A stretch of 64,000 bases of DNA from Auanema rhodensis (Eukaryota > Animalia > Nematoda), in contig OZ059895.1 of the NCBI GenBank assembly GCA_964057225.1, forward strand, positions 9,734,001 through 9,798,000, written 5' to 3'. The notes beneath the pieces are model-generated. The model saw only the letters and a list, made by a program, of their open reading frames with translations. It ran no database searches and was not told the origin of the DNA. Made by a program: the position numbers and the translations under genes. Below, piece after piece: positions 34,001 to 49,000 of the stretch; the first letter of the stretch is position 1; each line of letters begins with the position of its first letter.

Positions 34001-37000
34001 TGTTTCTATCTATTTCCTATCAAAACAAACATTGTTCAAACACTATGCAACTATGAAACCTTTTTTAATTTATTGTATTTGGAGCTCATAAAATTTGATA
34101 TCATCGAGGGATCCAGATGGAACGTGGAAAATTACATAACTAAAATGAAATTGGAAAAAAAAGTATAACAAGGATAAGTATGTTAACGACTGAATATCAG
34201 ATATTTTCGCTTACGACCATACCACGTTGAAAGTACGCCATACAGCTGATTTTCAATTTTATCTTTTCCGTAACAAATGTTTTCAATTTTCAAGCACTTT
34301 TACTTAGATAGCTCAACCAAAGGAAAGCAAATTATCTTCAATTTTATTTCTATATTACAGTTATAAACCAGTAGGTAATGAAACCTTCATCTTGAATTTA
34401 CTGTTTCTATCTATTTCCTATCGAAACAAACATTGTTCAAACACTATGCAACTATGAAACCTTTTTTAATTTATTGTATTTGGAGCTCATAAAATTTGAT
34501 ATCATCGAGGGATCCAGATGGAACGTGGAAAATTACATAACTAACATGAAATTAAAAAAAAAAGTATAACAAGGATAAGTATGTTAACGATTGAATATCA
34601 GATATTTTCGCTTACGACCATACCACGTTGAAAGTACGCCATACAGCTGATTTTCAATTTTATCTTTTCCGTAACAAATGTTTTCAATTTTCAAGCACTT
34701 TTACTTAGATAGCTCAACCAAAGGAAAGCAAATTATCTTCAATTTTATTTCTATATTACAGTTATAAACCAGTAGGTAATGAAACCTTCATCTTGAATTT
34801 ACTGTTTCTATCTATTTCCTATCAAAACAAACATTGTTCAAACACTATGCAACTATGAAACCTTTTTTAATTTATTGTATTTGGAGCTCATAAAATTTGA
34901 TATCATCGAGGGATCCAGATGGAACGTGGAAAATTACATAACTAAAATGAAATTGGAAAAAAAAGTATAACAAGGATAAGTATGTTAACGACTGAATATC
35001 AGATATTTTCGCTTACGACCATACCACGTTGAAAGTACGCCATACAGCTGATTTTCAATTTTATCTTTTCCGTAACAAATGTTTTCAATTTTCAAGCACT
35101 TTTACTTAGATAGCTCAACCAAAGGAAAGCAAATTATCTTCAATTTTATTTCTATATTACAGTTATAAACCAGTAGGTAATGAAACCTTCATCTTGAATT
35201 TACTGTTTCTATCTATTTCCTATCAAAACAAACATTGTTCAAACACTATGCAACTATGAAACCTTTTTTTAATTTATTGTATTTGGAGCTCATAAAATTT
35301 GATATCATCGAGGGATCCAGATGTAACGTGGAAAATTACATAACTAACATGAAATTGGAAAAAAAAGTATAACAAGGATAAGTATGTTAACGATTGAATA
35401 TCAGATATTTTCGCTTACGACCATACCACGTTGAAAGTACGCCATACAGCTGATTTTCAATTTTATCTTTTCCGTAACAAATGTTTTCACTTTTCAAGCA
35501 CTTTTACTTAGATAGCTCAACCAAAGGAAAGCAAATTATCTTCAATTTTATTTCTATATTACAGTTATAAACCAGTAGGTAATGAAACCTTCATATTGAA
35601 TTTACTGTTTCTATCTATTTCCTATTAAAACAAACATTGTTCAAACACTATGCAACTATGAAACCTTTTTTAATTTATTGTATTTGGAGCTCATAAAATT
35701 TGATATCATCGAGGGATCCAGATGGAACGTGGAAAATTACATAACTAAAATGAAATTGGAAAAAAAAGTATAACAAGGATAAGTATGTTAACGATTGAAT
35801 ATCAGATATTTTCGCTTACGACCATACCACGTTGAAAGTACGCCATACAGCTGATTTTCAATTTTATCTTTTCCGTAACAAATGTTTTCAATTTTCAAGC
35901 ACTTTTACTTAGATAGCTCAACCAAAGGAAAGCAAATTATCTTCAATTTTATTTCTATATTACAGTTATAAACCAGTAGATAATGAACCTTCATCTCGAC
36001 TTTACTGTTTCTATCTATTTCCTATCGAAACAAACATTGTTTAAACACTATACAACTGTGAAACCTTTTTTAATTTATTGTATTTGTAGCTCATAAAATT
36101 TTATATCATCGAGGGATCCAGATGGAAGGTGGAAAATTACATAACTAACATGAAATTGGAAAAAAAACTATAACGGGGATAAGTATGTTAACGATTGAAT
36201 ATCAGATATTTTCGCTTACGACCATACCACGTTGAAAGTACGCCATACAGCTGATTTTCAATTTTATTTTTTCAGTAACAAATGTTTTCAATTTTCAAGC
36301 ACTTTTACTTAGATAGCTCAACCAAAGGAAAGCAAATTATCTTCAATTTTATTTCTATATTACAGTTATAAACCAGTAGGTAATGAAACCTTCATCTTGA
36401 ATTTACTGTTTCTATCTATTTCCTATCAAAACAAACATTGTTCAAACACTATGCAACTATGAAACCTTTTTTAATTTATTGTATTTGGAGCTCATAAAAT
36501 TTGATATCATCGAGGGATCCAGATGGAACGTGGAAAATTACATAACTAAAATGAAATTGGAAAAAAAAGTATAACAAGGATAAGTATGTTAACGACTGAA
36601 TATCAGATATTTTCGCTTACGACCATACCACGTTGAAAGTACGCCATACAGCTGATTTTCAATTTTATCTTTTCCGTAACAAATGTTTTCAATTTTCAAG
36701 CACTTTTACTTAGATAGCTCAACCAAAGGAAAGCAAATTATCTTCAATTTTATTTCTATATTACAGTTATAAACCAGTAGGTAATGAAACCTTCATCTTG
36801 AATTTACTGTTTCTATCTATTTCCTATCAAAACAAACATTGTTCAAACACAATGCAACTATGAAACCTTTTTTTAATTTATTGTATTTGGAGCTCATAAA
36901 ATTTGATATCATCGAGGGATCCAGATGGAACGTGGAAAATTACATAACTAACATGAAATTGGAAAAAAAAGTATAACAAGGATAAGTATGTTAACGATTG

Positions 37001-40000
37001 AATATCAGATATTTTCGCTTACGACCATACCACGTTGAAAGTACGCCATACAGCTGATTTTCAATTTTATCTTTTCCGTAACAAATGTTTTCACTTTTCA
37101 AGCACTTTTACTTAGATAGCTCAACCAAAGGAAAGCAAATTATCTTCAATTTTATTTCTATATTACAGTTATAAACCAGTAGGTAATGAAACCTTCATAT
37201 TGAATTTACTGTTTCTATCTATTTCCTATTAAAACAAACATTGTTCAAACACTATGCAACTATGAAACCTTTTTTAATTTATTGTATTTGGAGCTCATAA
37301 AATTTGATATCATCGAGGGATCCAGATGGAACGTGGAAAATTACATAACTAAAATGAAATTGGAAAAAAAAGTATAACAAGGATAAGTATGTTAACGATT
37401 GAATATCAGATATTTTCGCTTACGACCATACCACGTTGAAAGTACGCCATACAGCTGATTTTCAATTTTATCTTTTCCGTAACAAATGTTTTCAATTTTC
37501 AAGCACTTTTACTTAGATAGCTCAACCAAAGGAAAGCAAATTATCTTCAATTTTATTTCTATATTACAGTTATAAACCAGTAGATAATGAACCTTCATCT
37601 CGACTTTACTGTTTCTATCTATTTCCTATCGAAACAAACATTGTTTAAACACTATACAACTGTGAAACCTTTTTTAATTTATTGTATTTGTAGCTCATAA
37701 AATTTTATATCATCGAGGGATCCAGATGGAAGGTGGAAAATTACATAACTAACATGAAATTGGAAAAAAAACTATAACGGGGATAAGTATGTTAACGATT
37801 GAATATCAGATATTTTCGCTTACGACCATACCACGTTGAAAGTACGCCATACAGCTGATTTTCAATTTTATCTCTTCCGTAACATATGTTTTCAATTTTC
37901 AAGCAGTTTTATTTGAATAGCTCAACCAAAGGAGAGCAAATTATCTTCAATCTTATTTCTATATTACAGTTATAAACCAGTAGTTGTTGAACCTTCATCT
38001 TAACTTTACTGTTTCTATCTATTTCCTATCAAAACATCATTGTTTAAACACTATACAACTATGAAACTTTTTTTAATTTATTGTATTTGGAGCTCATAAT
38101 AATTGATATCATCGAGGGATCCAGATGGAAGGTGGAAAATTACATAACTAACATGAAATTGGAAAAAAAAGTATAACAAGGAGAAGTATGTTAACGATTG
38201 AATATCAGATATTTTCGCTTACGACCATACCACGTTAAAAGTACGCCATACAGCTGATTTTCAAGTTTATCTCTTCCGTAACAAATCTTTTCAATTTTCA
38301 AGCACTTTTACTTAGATAGCTCAACCAAAGGAAAGCAAATTATCTTCAATTTTTTTTCTATATTACAGTTATAAACCAGTAGATAATGAACCTTCATCTT
38401 GACTTTACTGTTTCTATCCATTTCCTATCGAAACAAACATTGTTTAAACACTGTACAACTGTGAAACCTTTTTTAATTTATTGTATTTGGAGCTCATAAA
38501 ATTTGATATAATTGAGGGATCCAGATGAAACGTGGAAAATTACATAACTAACATGAAATTTGAAAGAAAACTATAACGGGGATAAGTATGTTAACGATTG
38601 AATATCAGATATTTTCGCTTACGACCGTACCACGTTGAAAGTACGCCATACAGCTGATTTTCAATTTTATCTCTTCCGTAACATATGTTTTCAATTTTCA
38701 AGCAGTTTTACTTAAATAGCTCAACCAAAGGAAAGCAAATTATCTTCAATCTCATTTCTATATTACAGTTATAAACCAGTAGTTGTTGAACCTTCATCTT
38801 AACTTTACTGTTTCTATCTATTTCCTATCGAAACAAACATTGTTCAAACACTATGCAACTATGAAACCTTATTTAATTCATTGTATTTGGAGCTCATAAA
38901 ATTTGATATCATCGAGGGATAAAGATGGAACGTGGAAAATTACATAACTAAAATGAAATTGGAAAAAAAAGTATAACAAGTATAAGTATGTTAACGATTG
39001 AATATCAGATATTTTCGCTTACGACCATACCACGTTGAAAGTACGCCATACAGCTGATTTTCAATTTTATCTTTTCCGTAACAAATGTTTTCATTTTTCA
39101 AGCACTTTTACTTAGATAGCTCAACCAAAGGAAAGCAAATTATCTTCAATTTTATTTCTATATTACAGTTATAAACCAGTAGGTAATGAAACCTTCATAT
39201 TGAATTTACTGTTTCTATCTATTTCCTATTAAAACAAACATTGTTCAAACACTATGCAACTATGAAACCTTTTTTAATTTATTGTATTTGGAGCTCATAA
39301 AATTTGATATCATCGAGGGATCCAGATGGAACGTGGAAAATTATATAACTAAAATGAAATTGGAAAAAAAAGTAAAACAAGGATAAGTATGTTAACGATT
39401 GAATATCAGATATTTTCGCTTACGACCATACCACGTTGAAAGTACGCCATACAGCTGATTTTCAATTTTATCTTTTCCGTAACAAATGTTTTCAATTTTC
39501 AAGCACTTTTACTTAGATAGCTCAACCAAAGGAAAGCAAATTATCTTCGATTTTATTCCCATATTACAGTTATAAACCAGTAGTTGTTGAACCTTCATCT
39601 TAACTTTACTGTTTCTATCTATTTCCTATCAAAACAAACATTGTTTAAACACTATGCAACTATGAAACCTTTTTTAATTTATTGTATTTGGAGCTCATAA
39701 AATTTGATATCATCGAGGGATCCAGATGGAACGTGGAAAATTACATTACTAACATGAAATTGGAAAAAAAAGTATAACAAGGATAAGTATGTTAACGATT
39801 GAATATCAGATATTTTCGCTTACGACCATACCACGTTGAAAGTACGCCATACAGCTGATTTTCAATTTTATCTTTTCCGTAACAAATGTTTTCAATTTTC
39901 AAGCACTTTTACTTAGATAGCTCAACCAAAGGAAAGCAAATTATCTTCAATTTTATTTCTATATTACAGTTATAAACCAGTAGGTAATGAAACCTTCATA

Positions 40001-43000
40001 TTGAATTTACTGTTTCTATCTATTTCCTATTAAAACAAACATTGTTCAAACACTATGCAACTATGAAACCTTTTTTAATTTATTGTATTTGGAGCTCATA
40101 AAATTTGATATCATCGAGGGATCCAGATGGAACGTGGAGAATTACATAACTAAAATGAAATTGGAAAAAAAAGTATAACAAGGATAAGTATGTTAACGAT
40201 TGAATATCAGATATTTTCGCTTACGACCATACCACGTTGAAAGTACGCCATACAGCTGATTTTCAATTTTATCTTTTCCGTAACAAATGTTTTCACTTTT
40301 CAAGCACTTTTACTTAGATAGCTCAACCAAAGGAAAGCAAATTATCTTCAATTTTATTTCTATATTACAGTTAGAAACCAGTAGGTAATGAAACCTTCAT
40401 ATTGAATTTACTGTTTCTATCTATTTCCTATTAAAACAAACATTGTTCAAACACTATGCAACTATGAAACCTTTTTTAATTTATTGTATTTGGAGCTCAT
40501 AAAATTTGATATCATCGAGGGATCCAGATGGAACGTGGAAAATTACATAACTAAAATGAAATTGGAAAAAAAAGTATAACAAGGATAAGTATGTTAACGA
40601 TTGAATATCAGATATTTTCGCTTACGACCATACCACGTTGAAAGTACGCCATACAGCTGATTTTCAATTTTATCTTTTCCGTAACAAATGTTTTCAATTT
40701 TCAAGCACTTTTACTTAGATAGCTCAACCAAAGGAAAGCAAATTATCTTCAATTTTATTTCTATATTACAGTTATAAACCAGTAGATAATGAACCTTCAT
40801 CTCGACTTTACTGTTTCTATCTATTTCCTATCGAAACAAACATTGTTTAAACACTATACAACTGTGAAACCTTTTTTAATTTATTGTATTTGTAGCTCAT
40901 AAAATTTTATATCATCGAGGGATCCAGATGGAAGGTGGAAAATTACATAACTAACATGAAATTGGAAAAAAAACTATAACGGGGATAAGTATGTTAACGA
41001 TTGAATATCAGATATTTTCGCTTACGACCATACCACGTTGAAAGTACGCCATACAGCTGATTTTCAATTTTATCTCTTCCGTAACATATGTTTTCAATTT
41101 TCAAGCAGTTTTACTTAAATAGCTCAACCAAAGGAGAGCAAATTATCTTCAATCTTATTTCTATATTACAGTTATAAACCAGTAGTTGTTGAACCTTCAT
41201 CTTAACTTTACTGTTTCTATCTATTTCCTATCAAAACATCATTGTTTAAACACTATACAACTGTGAAACCTTTTTTAATTTATTGTATTTGGAGCTCATA
41301 ATATTTGATATCATCGAGGGATCCAGATGGAACGTGGAAAATTACATAACTAAAATGAAATTGGAAAAAAAACTATAACAAGGAGAAGTATGTTAACGAT
41401 TGAATATCAGATATTTTCGCTTACGACCATACCACGTTAAAAGTACGCCATACAGCTGATTTTCAATTTTATCTCTTCCGTAACAAATCTTTTCAATTTT
41501 CAAGCACTTTTACTTAGATAGCTCAACCAAAGAAAAGCAAATTATCTTCAATCTTATTTCCATATTACAGTTATAAACCAGTAGTTGTTGAACCTTCATC
41601 TTAGTTTTACTGTTTCTATCTATTTCCTATCAAAACAAACATTGTTTTAACACTATGCAACTATGAAACCTTTTTCAATTTATTGTATTTGGAGCTCATA
41701 AGAATTGATTTCATCGAGGGATCCAGATGAAACGTGGAAAGTTACATAACTAACATGAAATTTGAAAAAAAACTATAACGAGGATAAGTAGGTAAACCAT
41801 TGAATATCAGATATTTTCGCTTACGACCATACCACGTTGAAAGTACGCCATACAGCTGATTTTCAATTTTATCTCTTCCGTAACATTTGTTTTCAATTTT
41901 CAAGCAGTTTTACTTAAATAGCTCAACCAAAGGAGAGCAAATTATCTTCAATCTTATTTCTATATTACAGTTATAAACCAGTAGTTGTTGAACCTTCATC
42001 TTAACTTTACTGTTTCTATCTATTTCCTATCAAAACAAACATTATTTAAACACTATGCAACTATGAAACCTTTTTTAATTTATTGTATTTGGAGCTCATA
42101 AAATTTGATATCATTCAGGGATCCAGATGAAACGTGGAAAATTACATAACTAACATGAAATTGGAAAAAAAAGTATAACGAGGATAAGTATGTTAACGAT
42201 TGAATATCAGATATTTTCGCTTACGACCATACCACGTTGAAAGTACGCCATACAGCTGATTTTCAATTTTATCTCTTCCGTAAGATTTGTTTTCAATTTT
42301 CAAGCAGTTTTACTTAAATAGTTCAACCAAAGGAGAGCAAATTATCTTCAATCTTATTCCCATATTACAGTTATAAACCAGTAGTTGTTGAACCTTCATC
42401 TTAACTTTACTGTTTCTATCTATTTCCTATCAAAACAAACATTGTTTAAACACTATGCAACTATGAAACCTTTTTTAATTTATTGTATTTGGAGCTCATA
42501 AGAATTGATATCATTGAGGGATCCAGATGAAACGTGGAAAGTTACATAACTAACATGAAATTGGAAAAAAAAACTATAACGGGGATAAGTATGTTAACGA
42601 TTGAATATCAGATATTTTCGCTTACGACCATATCACGTTGAAAGTACGCCATACAGCTGATTTTCAATTTTATCTCTTCCGTAACATATGTTTTCAATTT
42701 TCAAGCAGTTTTACTTAAATAGCTCAACCAAAGGAGAGCAAATTATCTTCAATCTTATTTCTATATTACAGTTATAAACCAGTAGTTGTTGAACCTTCAT
42801 CTTAACTTTACTGTTTCTATCTATTTCCTATCAAAACAAACATTTTTTAAACACTATGCAACTATGAAACCTTTTTTAATTTATTCTATTTGGAGCTCAT
42901 AAAATTTGATATCATTGAGGGATCCAGATGAAACGTGGAAAATTACATAACTAACATGAAATTGGAAAAAAAAGTATAACGAGGATAAGTAGGTAAACCA

Positions 43001-46000
43001 TTGAATATCAGATATTTTCGCTTACGACCATACCACGTTGAAAGTACGGCATACAGCTGATTTTCAATTTTATCTCTTCCGTAAGATTTGTTTTCAATTT
43101 TCAAGCAGTTTTACTTAAATAGCTCAACCAAAGGAAAGCAAATTATTTTCAATCTCATTTCTATATTACAGTTATAAACCAGTAGTTGTTGAACCTTCAT
43201 CTTAACTTTACTGTTTCTATCTATTTCCTATCGAAACAAACATTGTTCAAACACTATGCAACTATGAAACCTTTTTTAATTTATTGTATTTGGAGCTCAT
43301 AAAATTTGATATCATTGAGGGATCCAGATGAAACGTGGAAAATTACATAACTAACATGAAATTGGAAAAAAAAGTATAACGAGGATAAGTAGGTAAACCA
43401 TTGAATATCAGATATTTTCGCTTACGACCATACCACGTTGAAAGTACGCCATACAGCTGATTTTCAATTTTATCTCTTCCGTAAGATTTGTTTTCAAATT
43501 TCAAGCAGTTTCACTTAGATAGCTCAACCAAAGGAAAGCAAATTATCTTCAATTTTATTTCTATATTACAGTTATAAACCAGTAGGTAATAAAACCTTCA
43601 TCTCGACTTTACTGTTTCTATCTATTTCCTATCGAAACAAACATTGTTTAAACACTATACAACTGTGAAACCTTTTTTAATTTATTGTATTTGTAGCTCA
43701 TAAAATTTTATATCATCGAGGGATCCAGATGGAAGGTGGAAAATTACATAACTAACATGAAATTGGAAAAAAAACTATAACGGGGATAAGTATGTTAACG
43801 ATTGAATATCAGATATTTTCGCTTACGACCATACCACGTTGAAAGTACGCCATACAGCTGATTTTCAATTTTATCTCTTCCGTAACATATGTTTTCAATT
43901 TTCAAGCAGTTTTACTTAAATAGCTCAACCAAAGGAGAGCAAATTATCTTCAATCTTATTTCTATATTACAGTTATAAACCAGTAGTTGTTGAACCTTCA
44001 TCTTAACTTTACTGTTTCTATCTATTTCCTATCAAAACATCATTGTTTAAACACTATACAACTGTGAAACCTTTTTTAATTTATTGTATTTGGAGCTCAT
44101 AATATTTGATATCATCGAGGGATCCAGATGGAACGTGGAAAATTACATAACTAAAATGAAATTGGAAAAAAAACTATAACAAGGAGAAGTATGTTAACGA
44201 TTGAATATCAGATATTTTCGCTTACGACCATACCACGTTAAAAGTACGCCATACAGCTGATTTTCAATTTTATCTCTTCCGTAACAAATCTTTTCAATTT
44301 TCAAGCACTTTTACTTAGATAGCTCAACCAAAGAAAAGCAAATTATCTTCAATCTTATTTCCATATTACAGTTATAAACCAGTAGTTGTTGAACCTTCAT
44401 CTTAGTTTTACTGTTTCTATCTATTTCCTATCAAAACAAACATTGTTTTAACACTATGCAACTATGAAACCTTTTTCAATTTATTGTATTTGGAGCTCAT
44501 AAGAATTGATTTCATCGAGGGATCCAGATGAAACGTGGAAAGTTACATAACTAACATGAAATTTGAAAAAAAACTATAACGAGGATAAGTAGGTAAACCA
44601 TTGAATATCAGATATTTTCGCTTACGACCATACCACGTTGAAAGTACGCCATACAGCTGATTTTCAATTTTATCTCTTCCGTAACATTTGTTTTCAATTT
44701 TCAAGCAGTTTTACTTAAATAGCTCAACCAAAGGAGAGCAAATTATCTTCAATCTTATTTCTATATTACAGTTATAAACCAGTAGTTGTTGAACCTTCAT
44801 CTTAACTTTACTGTTTCTATCTATTTCCTATCAAAACAAACATTATTTAAACACTATGCAACTATGAAACCTTTTTTAATTTATTGTATTTGGAGCTCAT
44901 AAAATTTGATATCATTCAGGGATCCAGATGAAACGTGGAAAATTACATAACTAACATGAAATTGGAAAAAAAAGTATAACGAGGATAAGTATGTTAACGA
45001 TTGAATATCAGATATTTTCGCTTACGACCATACCACGTTGAAAGTACGCCATACAGCTGATTTTCAATTTTATCTCTTCCGTAAGATTTGTTTTCAATTT
45101 TCAAGCAGTTTTACTTAAATAGTTCAACCAAAGGAGAGCAAATTATCTTCAATCTTATTCCCATATTACAGTTATAAACCAGTAGTTGTTGAACCTTCAT
45201 CTTAACTTTACTGTTTCTATCTATTTCCTATCAAAACAAACATTGTTTAAACACTATGCAACTATGAAACCTTTTTTAATTTATTGTATTTGGAGCTCAT
45301 AAGAATTGATATCATTGAGGGATCCAGATGAAACGTGGAAAGTTACATAACTAACATGAAATTGGAAAAAAAAGTATAACAAGGATAAGTATGTTAACGA
45401 TTGAATATCAGATATTTTCGCTTACGACCATACCACGTTGAAAGTACGCCATACAGCTGATTTTCAATTTTATCTCTTCCGTAAGATTTGTTTTCAAATT
45501 TCAAGCAGTTTTACTTAGATAGCTCAACCAAAGGAAAGCAAATTATCTTCAATTTTATTTCTATATTACAGTTATAAACCAGTAGGTAATAAAACCTTCA
45601 TCTCGACTTTACTGTTTCTATCTATTTCCTATCGAAACAAACATTGTTTAAACACTATACAACTGTGAAACCTTTTTTAATTTATTGTATTTGGAGCTCA
45701 TAAAATTTGATATTATCGAGGGATCCAGCTGGAACGTGGAAAGTTACATAACTAACATGAAATTGGAAAAAAAAGTATAACAAGGATAAGTATGTTAACG
45801 ATTGAATATCAGATATTTTCGCTTACGACCATATCACGTTGAAAGTACGCCATACAGCTGATTTTCAATTTTATCTCTTCCGTAACATATGTTTTCAATT
45901 TTCAAGCAGTTTTACTTAAATAGCTCAACCAAAGGAGAGCAAATTATCTTCAATCTTATTTCTATATTACAGTTATAAACCAGTAGTTGTTGAACCTTCA

Positions 46001-49000
46001 TCTTAACTTTACTGTTTCTATCTATTTCCTATCAAAACAAACATTGTTTAAACACTATGCAACTATGAAACCTTTTTTAATTTATTGTATTTGGAGCTCA
46101 TAAAATTTGATATCATCGAGGGATCCAGATGGAACGTGGAAAATTACATAACTAAAATGAAATTGGAAAAAAAAGTATAACAAGGATAAGTATGTTAACG
46201 ATTGAATATCAGATATTTTCGCTTACGACCATACCACGTTGAAAGTACGCCATACAGCTGATTTTCAATTTTATCTTTTCCGTAACAAATGTTTTCAATT
46301 TTCAAGCACTTTTACTTAGATAGCTCAACCAAAGGAAAGCAAATTATCTTCAATTTTATTTCTATATTACAGTTATAAACCAGTAGGTAATGAAACCTTC
46401 ATCTTGAATTTACTGTTTCTATCTATTTCCTATCAAAACAAACATTGTTCAAACACTATGCAACTATGAAACCTTTTATAATTTATTGTATTTGGAGCTC
46501 ATAAAATTTGATATCATCGAGGGATCCAGATGGAACGTGGAAAATTACATAACTAACATGAAATTGGAAAAAAAAGTATAACAAGGATAAGTATGTTAAC
46601 GATTGAATATCAGATATTTTCGCTTACGACCATACCACGTTGAAAGTACGCCATACAGCTGATTTTCAATTTTATCTTTTCCGTAACAAATGTTTTCAAT
46701 TTTCAAGCACTTTTACTTAGATAGCTCAACCAAAGGAAAGCAAATTATCTTCAATTTTATTTCTATATTACAGTTATAAACCAGTAGGTAATGAAACCTT
46801 CATCTTGAATTTACTGTTTCTATCTATTTCCTATCAAAACAAACATTGTTCAAACACTATGTAACTATGAAAACTTTTTTAATTTATTGTATTTGGAGCT
46901 CATAAAATTTGATATCATCGAGGGATCCAGATGGAACGTGGAAAATTACATAACTAACATGAAATTGGAAAAAAAAGTATAACGAGGATAAGTATGTTAA
47001 CGATTGAATATCAGATATTTTCGCTTACGACCATACCACGTTGAAAGTATGCCATACAGCTGATTTTCAATTTTATCTTTTCCGTAACAAATGTTTTCAA
47101 TTTTCAAGCACTTTTACTTAGATAGCTCAACCAAAGGAAAGCAAATTATCTTCAATTTTATTTCTATATTGCAGTTATAAACCAGTAGATAATGAACCTT
47201 CATCTCGACTTTACTGTTTCTATCTATTTCCTATCGAAACAAACATTGTTTAAACACTATACAACTGTGAAACCTTTTTTAATTTATTGTATTTGTAGCT
47301 CATAAAATTTTATATCATCGAGGGATCCAGATGGAAGGTGGAAAATTACATAACTAACATGAAATTGGAAAAAAAACTATAACGGGGATAAGTATGTTAA
47401 CGATTGAATATCAGATATTTTCGCTTACGACCATACCACGTTGAAAGTACGCCATACAGCTGATTTTCAATTTTATCTCTTCCGTAACATATGTTTTCAA
47501 TTTTCAAGCAGTTTTACTTAAATAGCTCAACCAAAGGAGAGCAAATTATCTTCAATCTTATTTCTATATTACAGTTATAAACCAGTAGTTGTTGAACCTT
47601 CATCTTAACTTTACTGTTTCTATCTATTTCCTATCAAAACATCATTGTTTAAACACTATACAACTGTGAAACCTTTTTTAATTTATTGTATTTGGAGCTC
47701 ATAAAATTTTATATCATCGAGGGATCCAGATGGAAGGTGGAAAATTACATAACTAACATGAAATTGGAAAAAAAACTATAACGGGGATAAGTATGTTAAC
47801 GATTGAATATCAGATATTTTCGCTTACGACCATACCACGTTGAAAGTACGCCATACAGCTGATTTTCAATTTTATCTCTTCCGTAACATATGTTTTCAAT
47901 TTTCAAGCAGTTTTACTTAAATAGCTCAACCAAAGGAGAGCAAATTATCTTCAATTTTATTTCTATATTACAGTTATAAACCAGTAGGTAATGAAACCTT
48001 CATATTGAATTTACTGTTTCTATCTATTTCCTATTAAAACAAACATTGTTCAAACACTATGCAACTATGAAACCTTTTTTAGTTTATTGTATTTGGAGCT
48101 CATAAAATTTGATATCATCGAGGGATCCAGATGGAACGTGGAAAATTACATAACTAAAATGAAATTGGAAAAAAAAGTATAACAAGGATAAGTATGTTAA
48201 CGATTGAATATCAGATATTTTCGCTTACGACCATACCACGTTGAAAGTACGCCATACAGCTGATTTTCAATTTTATCTTTTCCGTAACAAATGTTTTCAA
48301 TTTTCAAGCACTTTTACTTAGATAGCTCAACCAAAGGAAAGCAAATTATTTTCAATCTCATTTCTATATTACAGTTATAAACCAGTAGGTAATGAAACCT
48401 TCATATTGAATTTACTGTTTCTATCCATTTCCTATTAAAACAAACATTGTTCAAACACTATGCAACTATGAAACCTTTTTTAGTTTATTGTATTTGGAGC
48501 TCATAAAATTTGATATCATCGAGGGATCCAGATGGAACGTGGAAAATTACATAACTAACATGAAATTGGAAAAAAAACTATAACGGGGATAAGTATGTTA
48601 ACGATTGAATATCAGATATTTTCGCTTACGACCATACCACGTTGAAAGTACGCCATACAGCTGATTTTCAATTTTATCTCTTCCGTAACATATGTTTTCA
48701 ATTTTCAAGCAGTTTTACTTAAATAGCTCAACCAAAGGAAAGCAAATTATTTTCAATCTCATTTCTATATTACAGTTATAAACCAGTAGTTGTTGAACCT
48801 TCATCTTAACTTTACTGTTTCTATCTATTTCCTATCGAAACAAACATTGTTCAAACACTATGCAACTATGAAACCTTTTTTAATTTATTGTATTTGGAGC
48901 TCATAAAATTTGATATCATTGAGGGATCCAGATGAAACGTGGAAAATTACATAACTAACATGAAATTGGAAAAAAAAGTATAACGAGGATAAGTAGGTAA